From Candidatus Sericytochromatia bacterium (lineage in GTDB: Bacteria > Cyanobacteriota > Sericytochromatia > S15B-MN24 > UBA4093), in contig JAKFBU010000052.1 in NCBI GenBank assembly GCA_036676985.1, positions 1 to 19,979 on the forward strand: a stretch of DNA of 19,979 bases, written 5' to 3'. Below, piece after piece: positions 1 through 8,807 of this stretch. The translations under genes and the position numbers were made by a program. Every line of letters begins with the position of its first letter. Within the stretch, counting starts at the first letter, position 1. The notes below the pieces were generated by a model. The model had not been told where the DNA came from, did not search any database, and saw only the letters and a program-made list of their open reading frames with translations.

Positions 1-478
1 TGTTCGGGTCACCGGCCGTGACGTCCCAGGCCGCGGGCATGTTGATCTTGGTGAAGCCCCACAGCTTCGAGAGCATCGGGTCGTTCACGGTCGCCTTCGC
101 GTTCACCTCGAGGGCGCGGTAGAGGTAGTTGGGCTCCGCGTAGACCACGTTCGGGTCCTGGCGCAGCTTCTTGAGGGCCTCCTCCATGGTCGAGTCCGCC
201 GGGACCGTGTAGACGCTGGTGTTGGGAAGGCCGGAGATGGCCTGGGTCTTGCGGAGGGACTGGACGCTCTGGACCGACATGCCGTTCTTCAGCTTGACGA
301 CGATCTGTCCGGGGACCGCGGCGGCCTTGGGTTGCTGGGGCTCCGTCGTCTGCGACGCCGACTGCGCGGGCGTCGTCATGCCGGGGGCCATGGTATTGGG
401 CGTCGCGCAGGCCGTCAGGGCCGCGAGGGTTCCCACAGTGCCGGCGATCTTGGCGATGGACGAGTGGCGATTGAGCAA
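1..478 (-). CDS. S8 family subtilisin-like serine peptidase, lipoprotein (5' part; runs off the window)
   Basis: My translation from TTG at 478, with SD AAGGAG at 486-491: MLNRHSSIAKIAGTVGTLAALTAC (lipobox, Cys24)...VPGQIVVKLKNG...LRQDPNVVYAEPNYLY...VNDPMLSKLWGFTKINMPAAWDVTAGDPN. This is a typical subtilase propeptide followed by the start of a thermitase-like mature domain. The catalytic triad lies outside the window. Confidence 0.88.
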   Translation of the reverse strand, partial: MLNRHSSIAKIAGTVGTLAALTACATPNTMAPGMTTPAQSASQTTEPQQPKAAAVPGQIVVKLKNGMSVQSVQSLRKTQAISGLPNTSVYTVPADSTMEEALKKLRQDPNVVYAEPNYLYRALEVNAKATVNDPMLSKLWGFTKINMPAAWDVTAGDPN

Positions 479-773
479 AACGTGGCTCCTTTATGGTCAA
501 AACGGAACGGTAATCAGTCCGCGATTGAAGTGCGTGCACCTTCCCTACCCCTGGCCCTGATCCGAGATACCGCACGGCCGAGGGTGGAGGTTGGATGCTT
601 AATGCTCTCAAACGAAAGACTTTTGAACCCGTTTAACCTCACCTCGCGGCCAAAGGAGTCCGTTCTGGGCACCTGAGAGCCCCCCTGCCCTAATGCGCGG
701 GGGGCCGGCCTTGCTCTGCGATGGATGGGGCACATTAACTTATGTGTCCCGGTCCCGCATAACGACGACGAAA

Positions 774-807
774 CGGGCCGGGTCTCCCTTCGGGGAGACC
801 CGGCCCG
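774..807 (-). terminator. Intrinsic terminator hairpin downstream of dctA
   Basis: Perfect 15-bp inverted repeat CGGGCCGGGTCTCCC-TTCG-GGGAGACCCGGCCCG, 18 bp past the dctA stop. It is followed by a short TTT on the minus strand. Confidence 0.8.
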
Positions 808-825
808 CGCGAGCGAGTCGAGCGT

Positions 826-2133
826 TTAGGCGTGCTTGACGTTCGGGCTCGTGGCCTCATCCAGTTTCAGATCCGGGAGCTCGCCGCCGAGGACCTGGGC
901 GGCCCGCTCGGTGTCGAACTCCTTTTCCCACTTGGCGACCACCACCGTGGCGATGCCGTTGCCGATCAGGTTGGTGATGGCGCGGGCCTCCGACATGAAG
1001 CGGTCGACGCCCAGCAGCAGGGCGAGACCTGCCACCGGGATGGTGCCCACCGACGCGAGCGTGGCCGCGAGCGTGATGAAGCCGCCGCCCGTGACGGCCG
1101 CAGCGCCCTTGGAGGTCAAGAGCAGGACGGCGAGCAGCGTCAGCTCCTGGCCGAGCGAGAGGTGCACGTTGGTGGCCTGCGCGATGAAGAGGGCCGCCAT
1201 GGTCAGGTAGATGGAGGTGCCGTCCAGGTTGAAGGAGTAGCCGGTCGGGATCACCAGGCCGACGACGGACTTGGAGCAGCCCAGGTGCTCGAGCTTCTTC
1301 AACATGCGCGGCAGCACGGACTCGGACGAGGAGGTGCCGAGCACGATGAAGAGCTCCTCCTTGATGAACTTGAGGAACTTCCAGAGGCTGAAGCCGTTCA
1401 CATGAGCGATGAGGCCCAGCACGACGAAGACGAACAGGAAGCTCGTCACGTAGACCCCGGCCATGAGCTTGCCCAGGGAGAAGAGGGTGTCGAGGCCGAA
1501 CTTGCCGATGGTGAAGCCCATGGCCCCGAAGGCACCGATGGGCGCGAAGCGCATGATCATGCCGATCATGCCGAAGAAGCCGGCGGAGGCGTAATCGATC
1601 ATGTCGACCAGGGGCCGGCCACGCTCGCCGAGCGCCGTCAAGGCCAGGCCGAAGAGCACCGAGAAGAAGACGATCTGGAGGATGTCACCCTTGGCGAACG
1701 CGTCGATGATGTTGTTCGGGATGATGTTCAGCAGGAAGTCGACGTGGTTCGACGAGTGGGCCGCCGTCGTGTAGGCGTCGATCCCCTTGGTGCTGAGGGT
1801 GGCGGGGTCGGCGTTGATGCCCACACCCGGCTTGAGGCTCTTGACGACCACCATGCCGATGACCATGGCGAGCGTCGTGACGACCTCGAAGTAGATGAGG
1901 GCCTTGAGCCCCACCCGGCCGACCTTCTTCATGTCGCCCATGTGGGCGATGCCGACCACGACCGTCGTGAAGATGATGGGCCCGATGACCATCTTGATGA
2001 GCTTGATGAACGCGTCGCCGAGGGGCTTCATCTGCTCGCCCAGGTGGGGGTTCACGTAGCCCAGCGTGGCGCCCAGCAGAATGGCGATGAGCACCTGGAC
2101 GTAGAGATTGCCGAGGACCTTCTTGAGTGACAT
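826..2133 (-). CDS. dctA: C4-dicarboxylate:H+/Na+ symporter DctA (DAACS/SDF family), 435 aa
   Basis: Motifs [64 protein letters not shown] and [18 protein letters not shown]. Strong SD AAGGAGGA precedes ATG 2133. Confidence 0.95.
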   Translation of the reverse strand: MSLKKVLGNLYVQVLIAILLGATLGYVNPHLGEQMKPLGDAFIKLIKMVIGPIIFTTVVVGIAHMGDMKKVGRVGLKALIYFEVVTTLAMVIGMVVVKSLKPGVGINADPATLSTKGIDAYTTAAHSSNHVDFLLNIIPNNIIDAFAKGDILQIVFFSVLFGLALTALGERGRPLVDMIDYASAGFFGMIGMIMRFAPIGAFGAMGFTIGKFGLDTLFSLGKLMAGVYVTSFLFVFVVLGLIAHVNGFSLWKFLKFIKEELFIVLGTSSSESVLPRMLKKLEHLGCSKSVVGLVIPTGYSFNLDGTSIYLTMAALFIAQATNVHLSLGQELTLLAVLLLTSKGAAAVTGGGFITLAATLASVGTIPVAGLALLLGVDRFMSEARAITNLIGNGIATVVVAKWEKEFDTERAAQVLGGELPDLKLDEATSPNVKHA

Positions 2134-2249
2134 TGCTTCCTCCTTCCAGGGCTCCGTTGCCCCGTGGCCGCCGGGCGAACCCCCAAGCAGCAAGGCTGCC
2201 TCGCGCGCGGCGGCATCGCCTGGGATCCGCGCAGGAAGAGACATTGAGC

Positions 2250-2258
2250 ACTATAGCA
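2250..2258 (-). promoter_or_regulatory. Extended -10 promoter element for dctA (TGcTATAGT)
   Basis: The minus strand reads TGCTATAGT about 117 bp upstream of the dctA start, in an AT-richer patch. Confidence 0.5.
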
Positions 2259-2384
2259 GGCCTCAAATCAAGTCACCGTCCGTAATAGTTGCGGATCGGT
2301 GGGCGGTTCGTCCGTGCGGCCTCGAGCGCGTCCAGGTCCGGGTCGACGACAGACCGAGCGGCACTATGATTTGGTTTCGACCCA

Positions 2385-2393
2385 TGAGATAAT
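2385..2393 (+). promoter_or_regulatory. Extended -10 (TGaGATAAT) 6 nt before the kinase ATG; probable leaderless mRNA
   Basis: TGAGATAAT-GGTTGG-ATG(2400), with no convincing SD. Confidence 0.5.
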
Positions 2394-2399
2394 GGTTGG

Positions 2400-3995
2400 A
2401 TGACCACGCCGTCCCGTTTGCCAGGTTTTGCCGCCTTTCTGAAGCGGCACCACCAAGCCGAGCTGTGCCAGGAGTTCCTGCGCTGGGTCGATCGGCTCGA
2501 CGTGCCCATGTTTCGGCTCTTTCGCCAGCTGCCGGCCGACGACTTCGACCGCATGCTCCATGAGGCGATGGGGGAGTTCCTCGCGGACCTCGAGACGGGC
2601 GGCACCCTCCAGCGGGCCCGGGAGACCATCCGGCGCATCGAGGCCGACGCGTATCCCGGCCTTCCCCGCGACAGCGTGCAGCCCGGAGACCTCGTCCGGA
2701 TCTACGCGGCCCGCAAGGGAGCCCTCTTGACCTACGTGGAGCGTTACCCGGTCGACAAGGTGGAGGCCCTCGCGCTCGTGCGCGAGCTGGAGGCGCTCTT
2801 CCTGGACGTCCAGGACTTGGCCATCCACAGCTTCACCGACATCCGCGAGCAGACGGTCAAGCGGATGACGGAGTACGAGCTCCGGCAGCGAACCATGGAA
2901 GACTCGCTGCACCTCACGGAGACGCGCCTGCACCTCTTGGTCCAGAACGTCCAGGAATACGCCATCTACTGGCTGGATCCCGAGGGGCGCGTCCTCACAT
3001 GGAACGACGGGGCCCAGCGCAACAAGGGCTACACCAGCGAGGAGATCCTCGGCCGGTCGTTCGAATGCTTTTATCTTCCGGAAGACCGCGCGGCGGGCGT
3101 ACCGTTCGACCTCCTCGCGCGAGCGCGTGCCGAGGGCAGCGTCCGGGTCGAAGGGTGGCGGGTCCGGAAAGACGGCGCGACGTTCTGGGCGGAGGTCGTC
3201 CTATCGGCCATCCACGATGTGACGGGCGAGCTGGTGGGCTTCGCCACGATCACGCGGGACCTGACCGAGCGCAAGCACATGGACACCCTAAAGGACCAGT
3301 TCCTGAGCATCCTGTCGCACGAGCTCAGGACGCCCATCAATGCCATCACGGGCTTCGGCTCGATCCTCGCGGACGAGCTCGCGGGCCCGCTCGACGAGCG
3401 CCAGCACGCGTATCTGCGCAAGATGATCGCCGGGGCGGATCAGCTCCTGGCCCTGGTGGACGATCTGCTCGACATGAGCCGCATTCAGGCGGGTGAGTTC
3501 CAGCTGGTCCTGCAGCCCGTGGCGTTCCCGGAGGTTCTCCACGGGGTGCTCGAGACGCTCACGCCCCTGGCGGTCCGCAAAGGCCATCGGCTCCTCGCCG
3601 AGTGGCCGGAGGATTGCCCGCCTACCATGGCCGATCCGCAGCGCGTGGGCCAGGTGATCATCAACCTCGTGACCAACGCCCTCAAGTTCACGCCGGAAGG
3701 CGGCCAGATCGAGGTCCGGGCCACCTGCGAGGCCGACCGGATCCGCTGCGAGGTGGAGGACGACGGTCCCGGCATCGTGCCGGAGGACCTCCCCAAGCTC
3801 TTCCAGCGCTTCACGCAGCTCGACATGAGCGCCACGCGCAAGGTCGGCGGGGTCGGACTCGGCCTCTCCATCTGCAAGGAGCTGGTCGAGGCGCATGGTG
3901 GTCAGATCGGCGTGACGTGCGAGCCGGGCCGAGGCTGCACCTTCTGGTTCGAGCTGCCGGTCGTACCGGTCTCGGCGGCGGCGCCCACGACCTGA
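2400..3995 (+). CDS. Cytoplasmic PAS/PAC sensor histidine kinase (helical N-terminal domain + PAS + HisKA + HATPase_c)
   Basis: PAS (YAIYWLDPEGRVLTWNDGAQRNKGY; RKDGATFWAEV; TRDLTERK), H-box SHELRTP, N-box NLVTNALKFT, G1 DDGPGI, F-box LFQRF and G2 GVGLGLSI. No transmembrane segment is evident. Confidence 0.93.
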   Translation: MTTPSRLPGFAAFLKRHHQAELCQEFLRWVDRLDVPMFRLFRQLPADDFDRMLHEAMGEFLADLETGGTLQRARETIRRIEADAYPGLPRDSVQPGDLVRIYAARKGALLTYVERYPVDKVEALALVRELEALFLDVQDLAIHSFTDIREQTVKRMTEYELRQRTMEDSLHLTETRLHLLVQNVQEYAIYWLDPEGRVLTWNDGAQRNKGYTSEEILGRSFECFYLPEDRAAGVPFDLLARARAEGSVRVEGWRVRKDGATFWAEVVLSAIHDVTGELVGFATITRDLTERKHMDTLKDQFLSILSHELRTPINAITGFGSILADELAGPLDERQHAYLRKMIAGADQLLALVDDLLDMSRIQAGEFQLVLQPVAFPEVLHGVLETLTPLAVRKGHRLLAEWPEDCPPTMADPQRVGQVIINLVTNALKFTPEGGQIEVRATCEADRIRCEVEDDGPGIVPEDLPKLFQRFTQLDMSATRKVGGVGLGLSICKELVEAHGGQIGVTCEPGRGCTFWFELPVVPVSAAAPTT

Positions 3996-4072
3996 CGCCC
4001 GGGGCCACGGCCGCTCGCCAGCAGGGCCATGGTATAACAGGGGGCCGCCCCCTCGCCCGACCGGAGGCCCCC

Positions 4073-5818
4073 ATGTCGCTGTTCTCCATGCCCTTCGTCG
4101 CCCAGGCGATTCGCTCCGTCTCGAGCCCCCGGGTCCTCGCGGACCTGCGCCGTGCCGCCCAGGCCGGCGACGCCCGTTCCCAGTTCGTGCTCGCCTGCGT
4201 CCTCATGAGCGGGCAGGGGGCGCCCCGCGACATGCGCGCGGGCTCGGCCTTCCTGCGCCAGGCGGTGGACCGGCGACTGCCCGAGGCGGAGACCCTGTGG
4301 GGGCTCGTGCTCTACGCGAGCGGGCAGCCCGATGGCCGTACCGAAGGCCTGCGCTTCATCGAGCGGGCCGCCGACCAGGGGGAGCCCGAGGCGCTCTACT
4401 GGCTCGGGACGATCCGGCTCGAGGGCGCGGGCACCGACGCCGATCCCGCCTCCGGCACGGCCCTGGTGCAGCGAGCCGCCGAGGCCGGCCACCCGGGCGC
4501 CCAGGCGACGGTGGGCGCATGGTACCTGGAGGGCGATCGCCTCCCGGCAAACGTCGCCGAGGGCGTCCGCTGGCTGGAGCGGGCCGCGGATCAGGGTCAC
4601 GCGGGGGCACAGCTTACGCTCGCGCGCTTCTTGCTGCAGGGCGCGGGCGTGGAGGCCGATCTGCCCCGGGCCATGCAGTACTTCCGACGGGCCGCCGAGC
4701 AGGGATCCGCCGAGGCCCAGGTGACGCTCGGAAACGCCTACCGCCTGGGGCTTGGCGTCGAGCAGGACCCGAAGGTGGCCAGGCGCTGGTACCAGAAGGC
4801 CTCGGCCCAGGGGCATCCGGAGGCGACGGGCTGGCTCGGTTGGGCCTATTATCAGGGATCGGGCGTGCGGGAGGATCGCAAGAAGGGCGTGGAGCTCATG
4901 CGCCAGGCCGCTCAGGCCGGCCACACGGAGAGCAGCTACATCCTCGCCATGATCCTCCTGGACGAGCAAGGCCCCGCCGAGGAGGCCCGCGAACTCTTGC
5001 GCCGTGCGGCCGAGGCCGGGCATGTGGGCGCCATGTACTACTACTCGCTCCTGGTCGAAGAGGGCAAGGGCGGCCCGGCTAATCCTGAAGAGGCCCTCGA
5101 GTGGCGCACCAAGGCGGCCGAGGCGGGGCTCGTCCAGGCCCAGAAGGAGCTCGCCGTCCGCGCCATGTCGGGCCTCGGCGTGCCGACGGACCCGCAGGCC
5201 GCGCTCGGATGGTGGGAGCGAGCGGCCGCACAGGGGGACGCCGAGGCGCAGTACCGCCTGGGCGTGGCCTACTTCGAGGGCGAGGGTGTCGAACCGGACG
5301 CGGCCAAGGCCATCCCCTGGCTTTTGGCGGCCGCCGAGCAGGGGGTCGCGGACGCCCAGGAGGACCTGCGCATCGCCTACGCCCAGGGCCTCGGAGTGGC
5401 GGAGAATCCGGAGGCCGCGGTCCACTGGGCCCGCAAAGCCGCCGAGCAGGGCGTGCGCGCTGCGGCCTACTTCCTGGGCATCTGCTACCGGGACGGCTAC
5501 GGGGTGCCGCGCGATCCGGCCATCGCCGCCCGCTGGTACGCGCGCTCGGCCGAGGCGGGCTACCCGGAGGCCATGCTGGCGCTCGCCATCGCCACCCATG
5601 ACGGCGTCGGAGTGCCCAAGGACGTGGAGCGATCGCTCCGCCTCATGCGGAGCGCCGCGGAGGCGGGCCTGCCCGCGGCCCAGTACTACCTCGCCGTGAG
5701 GCTGGTCGAGAGCGACCCCGAGGCCGCTCCCGAGGCCGTGGGCTGGCTTCGTCGCGCGGCCGAGCAAGGTTACGCGCCCGCGGCGGCCCTGTTGCAGAAG
5801 GGCGAGCAGGAGTCCTAG
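4073..5818 (+). CDS. Sel1-like repeat (SLR) protein, about 15 repeats, 581 aa
   Basis: Repeated ~36-aa units of the form A(Q)xxLGxxYxxGxGVxxDxxxAxxWxxxAAEQG. SD GGAGG precedes ATG 4073, so the ORF-track start at 3602, which overlaps the kinase, is too long. Confidence 0.92.
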   Translation: MSLFSMPFVAQAIRSVSSPRVLADLRRAAQAGDARSQFVLACVLMSGQGAPRDMRAGSAFLRQAVDRRLPEAETLWGLVLYASGQPDGRTEGLRFIERAADQGEPEALYWLGTIRLEGAGTDADPASGTALVQRAAEAGHPGAQATVGAWYLEGDRLPANVAEGVRWLERAADQGHAGAQLTLARFLLQGAGVEADLPRAMQYFRRAAEQGSAEAQVTLGNAYRLGLGVEQDPKVARRWYQKASAQGHPEATGWLGWAYYQGSGVREDRKKGVELMRQAAQAGHTESSYILAMILLDEQGPAEEARELLRRAAEAGHVGAMYYYSLLVEEGKGGPANPEEALEWRTKAAEAGLVQAQKELAVRAMSGLGVPTDPQAALGWWERAAAQGDAEAQYRLGVAYFEGEGVEPDAAKAIPWLLAAAEQGVADAQEDLRIAYAQGLGVAENPEAAVHWARKAAEQGVRAAAYFLGICYRDGYGVPRDPAIAARWYARSAEAGYPEAMLALAIATHDGVGVPKDVERSLRLMRSAAEAGLPAAQYYLAVRLVESDPEAAPEAVGWLRRAAEQGYAPAAALLQKGEQES

Positions 5819-5840
5819 GGGCGCTCCGGAAAGACGAGCC

Positions 5841-6524
5841 ATGAAACCGACCCGATCCACCAAGCCGAAGGCGCGACCGATCGCGCCCCCCGATCTGCCC
5901 CCGGCGCTCCCAACGCCGCTCTTTTCACCGGGCGCGCTGCGGACGGACGAGGCCTACACCGAACAGCTGCTGGCCGACTGGGATGTCGCCGGTCAGTCGG
6001 CGGACCATGTGGTCCTCGATGCGGTGGTCCTGGAGCGCGCGAACCTCGCCGGGACCGTGCTCAAGCGCCCGAAGCTCCGCGATGTCCGGCTCGTGAAGTC
6101 CGACCTCTCCAATGCGACCTGGACGGTGGCGGAGCTCTCCCGGGTCGAGGTGCTGGAGGGTCGCCTGACGGGCTTCAAGGCCGTGGAGGGAGTGTTCACC
6201 GACGTGCGCTTCGTCGGCTGCAAGGCGGATCTGGCCCAGTTTCGGCACGCGACGTTCCGGGACGTTGCGTTCACGGAGTGCGTCCTGCGCGAGGCGGACT
6301 TTCAGGGCGCCGACCTGCGCAGCGTGAGCTTCCGGGGCTCCGACCTGCAGGGGGCGAACCTCACGGGGGCGAAGCTGGAGCAGGCCGACTTCCGGGGAGT
6401 GCGGCTGGACGAGGTCAGCCTGCGCCCGGAGGATCTGAAGGGCCTGATCATCGACTCGGCGCAGGCCATGGAGCTGGCCGCCTTCTTTGCGGCGAGCCTG
6501 GGAGTCATCGTCGCGGACCGCTAG
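5841..6524 (+). CDS. Pentapeptide repeat protein
   Basis: Tandem A(D/N)(L/F)xx units such as ANLAG, SDLSN, ADFQG, ADLRS, SDLQG, ANLTG, AKLEQ and ADFRG. Confidence 0.9.
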   Translation: MKPTRSTKPKARPIAPPDLPPALPTPLFSPGALRTDEAYTEQLLADWDVAGQSADHVVLDAVVLERANLAGTVLKRPKLRDVRLVKSDLSNATWTVAELSRVEVLEGRLTGFKAVEGVFTDVRFVGCKADLAQFRHATFRDVAFTECVLREADFQGADLRSVSFRGSDLQGANLTGAKLEQADFRGVRLDEVSLRPEDLKGLIIDSAQAMELAAFFAASLGVIVADR

Positions 6525-6542
6525 GGCCGGTCCCGCGCCTAC

Positions 6543-7019
6543 CTAGGGGCGCAGCCCGTTCCAGACGGACAGGAGTTCCGCCTCCTGCTCCGGGGTGGGG
6601 CCGCCGCGCAGCATGAGCTTCACGGCGCCCTTGGCGTCCACCAGGGCGATGACGGCGGCCCGGTCCGGATCCGCCAGCTGCAGGCCCGAGACCAGTGCGG
6701 AGCGATCGGTCGTGGTCTGGATGTCGGCCCGCTCTTCGGGCGGGGTCTTGCGGGTCATGCTGTTCTCGATGACCGGTCGCATCATGACGGCCATCCCGGA
6801 CAGGACGGGCATCTCGACGGCGCGCAGGGAGCCGTTCGTCACCTTGGCGATGGTGCGCTTCCAGGCGTCGGTCTCGGCGCGGCTCTCGTGGGTGAAGCCG
6901 ATCAGGTAGACGATGGGCGCCCCCTGGTGCTGCTTGGTCTCGATCTGCTCGCCGGTGAGGGCGCGCGCTTGGATGTTCGGGAAGAGCAGGCTGACGGCGA
7001 GTGCGATCGCAGCGAGCAT
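6543..7019 (-). CDS. Exported protein with probable thioredoxin-like (ATP10-like) fold, no CxxC
   Basis: Hydrophobic N-terminus MLAAIALAVSLL. The pattern FPNIQARALTGE...PIVYLIGF...AW...IALVDAKGAVK...G resembles redoxin/ATP10-like domains. AAGGGGG precedes ATG 7019. Confidence 0.6.
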   Translation of the reverse strand: MLAAIALAVSLLFPNIQARALTGEQIETKQHQGAPIVYLIGFTHESRAETDAWKRTIAKVTNGSLRAVEMPVLSGMAVMMRPVIENSMTRKTPPEERADIQTTTDRSALVSGLQLADPDRAAVIALVDAKGAVKLMLRGGPTPEQEAELLSVWNGLRP

Positions 7020-7150
7020 GGGGGCCCCCTTGTCGGATGCGGGAGGGGGCGCGACCCGTGTCGCGTCCGGCCTCACTCAGGGGGCATGCTAGCGCGTCCG
7101 GGGCCCGCGGGCTTCCGTGATAACTGCGGGATCGCCGCCGCGGCGCGCCT

Positions 7151-8023
7151 TCAACTCTCCGGCGCGACGGCCGGCGCCGCGGCGGCCGTGCTGCCGATAG
7201 AGGCCGCCATGACCAGCCCGATGGCCACGAGCTGCACAGGCGAGAGGAGCTCGCCGAGGAAGAGCAGGCCGGAGAGGGCGGCGATCGCGGGCTCCAGGCT
7301 CATGAGGATGCCGAAGGTCTGCGTGGGCAGGGCCCGCAGGGCAACCATCTCCAGCGAGTAGGGCAGGGCGCTCGAGAGGATCCCGATGGCCAGGCCCAGG
7401 GGCAGCAGGGCCGGGGCGAAGAGCGCCGGGCCCGCATGGGCCCAGCCGAAGGGGAAGGTCACGGCCAGGGCGCAGGCCATCCCGAGCGTGGCGGCGAGCC
7501 CGCTGGGCAAGGAGGTGCCGAGCCGCTTGCCGAAGACGATGTAGAGCGCCCAGCACCCGCCCGCTCCGAGGGCAAAGGCGGCCCCGACCGGATCCAGGCT
7601 CGACAGGCCGTTGATCGGCAGGAGCAGCCCGAGGCCCAGGATGGCCACCAGGGCCCAAAGATAGTCCTCGCGCCGCCGCGAGGTGGCGAGGGCGATCGCC
7701 AGGGGCCCCACGAACTCGAGCGCCACCGCCACGCCCAGGGGGATCCGGTCGAGGGCCTGGTAGAAGAGCAGGTTCATGCCCCCGAGCGCGACGCCGTAGA
7801 GCGCGACGGCTTGCCACACCGAGCCCCGCGGCCAGCTCCGCCACGGTCGAAAGAGGGCGCAGAGGACGATGGTCGCGAAGCCCAGCCGAAGGGCCGTGGT
7901 GCCCGCGGCGCCGACCATCGGAAACAGTTGCTTGGCCAGGGAGGCCCCGGACTGGATGGAGACCATGGCGGCGACGACGGCCGCCAGCGCGACGACGCGT
8001 CGCTCGAGCCAAGCAACCTGCAA
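7151..8023 (-). CDS. EamA/DMT transporter, RhtA (threonine/homoserine exporter)-like
   Basis: SIQSGASLAKQLFP, GMNLLFYQALDRIPLGVAVALEFVGPL, SSALPYSLEMVAL and FGILMSLEPA; about 10 hydrophobic segments. The TTG start at 8023 was chosen because of the GAAAGGGG SD; the start is uncertain (up to 8074). Confidence 0.88.
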   Translation of the reverse strand: MQVAWLERRVVALAAVVAAMVSIQSGASLAKQLFPMVGAAGTTALRLGFATIVLCALFRPWRSWPRGSVWQAVALYGVALGGMNLLFYQALDRIPLGVAVALEFVGPLAIALATSRRREDYLWALVAILGLGLLLPINGLSSLDPVGAAFALGAGGCWALYIVFGKRLGTSLPSGLAATLGMACALAVTFPFGWAHAGPALFAPALLPLGLAIGILSSALPYSLEMVALRALPTQTFGILMSLEPAIAALSGLLFLGELLSPVQLVAIGLVMAASIGSTAAAAPAVAPES

Positions 8024-8128
8024 GCCGAACCCCTTTCTCGTGGCCCGGGCGGGCACGCCCGGCATGCGAACCATTATCGCATGGGGCGCAATCGGGCTCC
8101 AGGTGGGGGATTCGGCGCATCGGTCGCC

Positions 8129-8728
8129 TTAAAAGTCCGGCAAGCCCTTGATGCTGAGGACGACCTCGTCCGAGGTCACCTCCTGGCCGGACATGAGCTT
8201 GCCCGTGTAGCCGAGATCGATCTTCTTGTCGGCGACCGAGAAGGTCAGGGCGCCCGGAAGCCGGTCGGAGTTGGGCTTACTGAGATAGCCTTGGACGAAG
8301 AGGACGTGCTCGTCCTTGAGGTAGATGCCGACCTCGTGATACTCCTCGGTCAGGCCCGTGGAGTGGATGGTGATCTGCCAGCTGACGCCGACCTCGCCGT
8401 CGGCCTTGATGCCGCCGCCGGCGACGGTCGTGTTGCCGAAGTCCCAGCGCTTGGCGTAGCCCCAGTTGGTCGGCGTGAACCGGTCGGCGAAGTGCATGGC
8501 CTTGCCGTTCAGCTTGAGCTCGATCACCGCGCCGTTCGAGAGGGTGAGCGGTCCGCCCGCGGGCGCCGGAGTCGGCGTGGCGGCCTGCCCCACCTGCTGG
8601 GGAGTGCCCGCCTGGCCCGTGGCCCCGGTCGGCGCCATGGCGAAGGGCCCGGGGCCGGTCGGGATGATGTAGACCGAGCAGCCGCCGAGCAGGAGGGAGA
8701 CGGCCAGGATGAGGCGAGGATTCAGCAC
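8129..8728 (-). CDS. Hypothetical lipoprotein
   Basis: GTG start with SD GGAGGA, lipobox LGGC (Cys17), a Pro/Thr/Gly linker and a beta-rich domain. Confidence 0.75.
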   Translation of the reverse strand: MLNPRLILAVSLLLGGCSVYIIPTGPGPFAMAPTGATGQAGTPQQVGQAATPTPAPAGGPLTLSNGAVIELKLNGKAMHFADRFTPTNWGYAKRWDFGNTTVAGGGIKADGEVGVSWQITIHSTGLTEEYHEVGIYLKDEHVLFVQGYLSKPNSDRLPGALTFSVADKKIDLGYTGKLMSGQEVTSDEVVLSIKGLPDF

Positions 8729-8777
8729 CGCGTGTCCTCCGGAATCAGACGAATCGTCGTGAGGTCAAACAGCTACC

Positions 8778-8806
8778 AGCCTACCGGTGCTCGCCCGGAC
8801 CGGCAA
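8778..8806 (-). promoter_or_regulatory. Sigma70-type promoter for the 8728 lipoprotein
   Basis: The minus strand reads TTGCCG-N17-TAGGCT. Confidence 0.45.
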
Positions 8807-8807
8807 G

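Noticed and set aside
655-720. Glycine riboswitch (CTCTCAGG on the minus strand)
   Set aside because: The upstream GGAGA and CCGAAG elements are missing, and the downstream gene is a protease.
3602-4072. ORF-track N-terminal extensions (Sel1 from 3602, GNAT from 11268, DUF1801 from 11136, lipoprotein from 14771)
   Set aside because: They overlap neighbouring genes. Downstream starts have an SD or promoter and coincide with where recognisable sequence begins.
5841-6524. qnr quinolone-resistance gene
   Set aside because: Only generic pentapeptide repeats are visible; I cannot recognise Qnr-specific loops.
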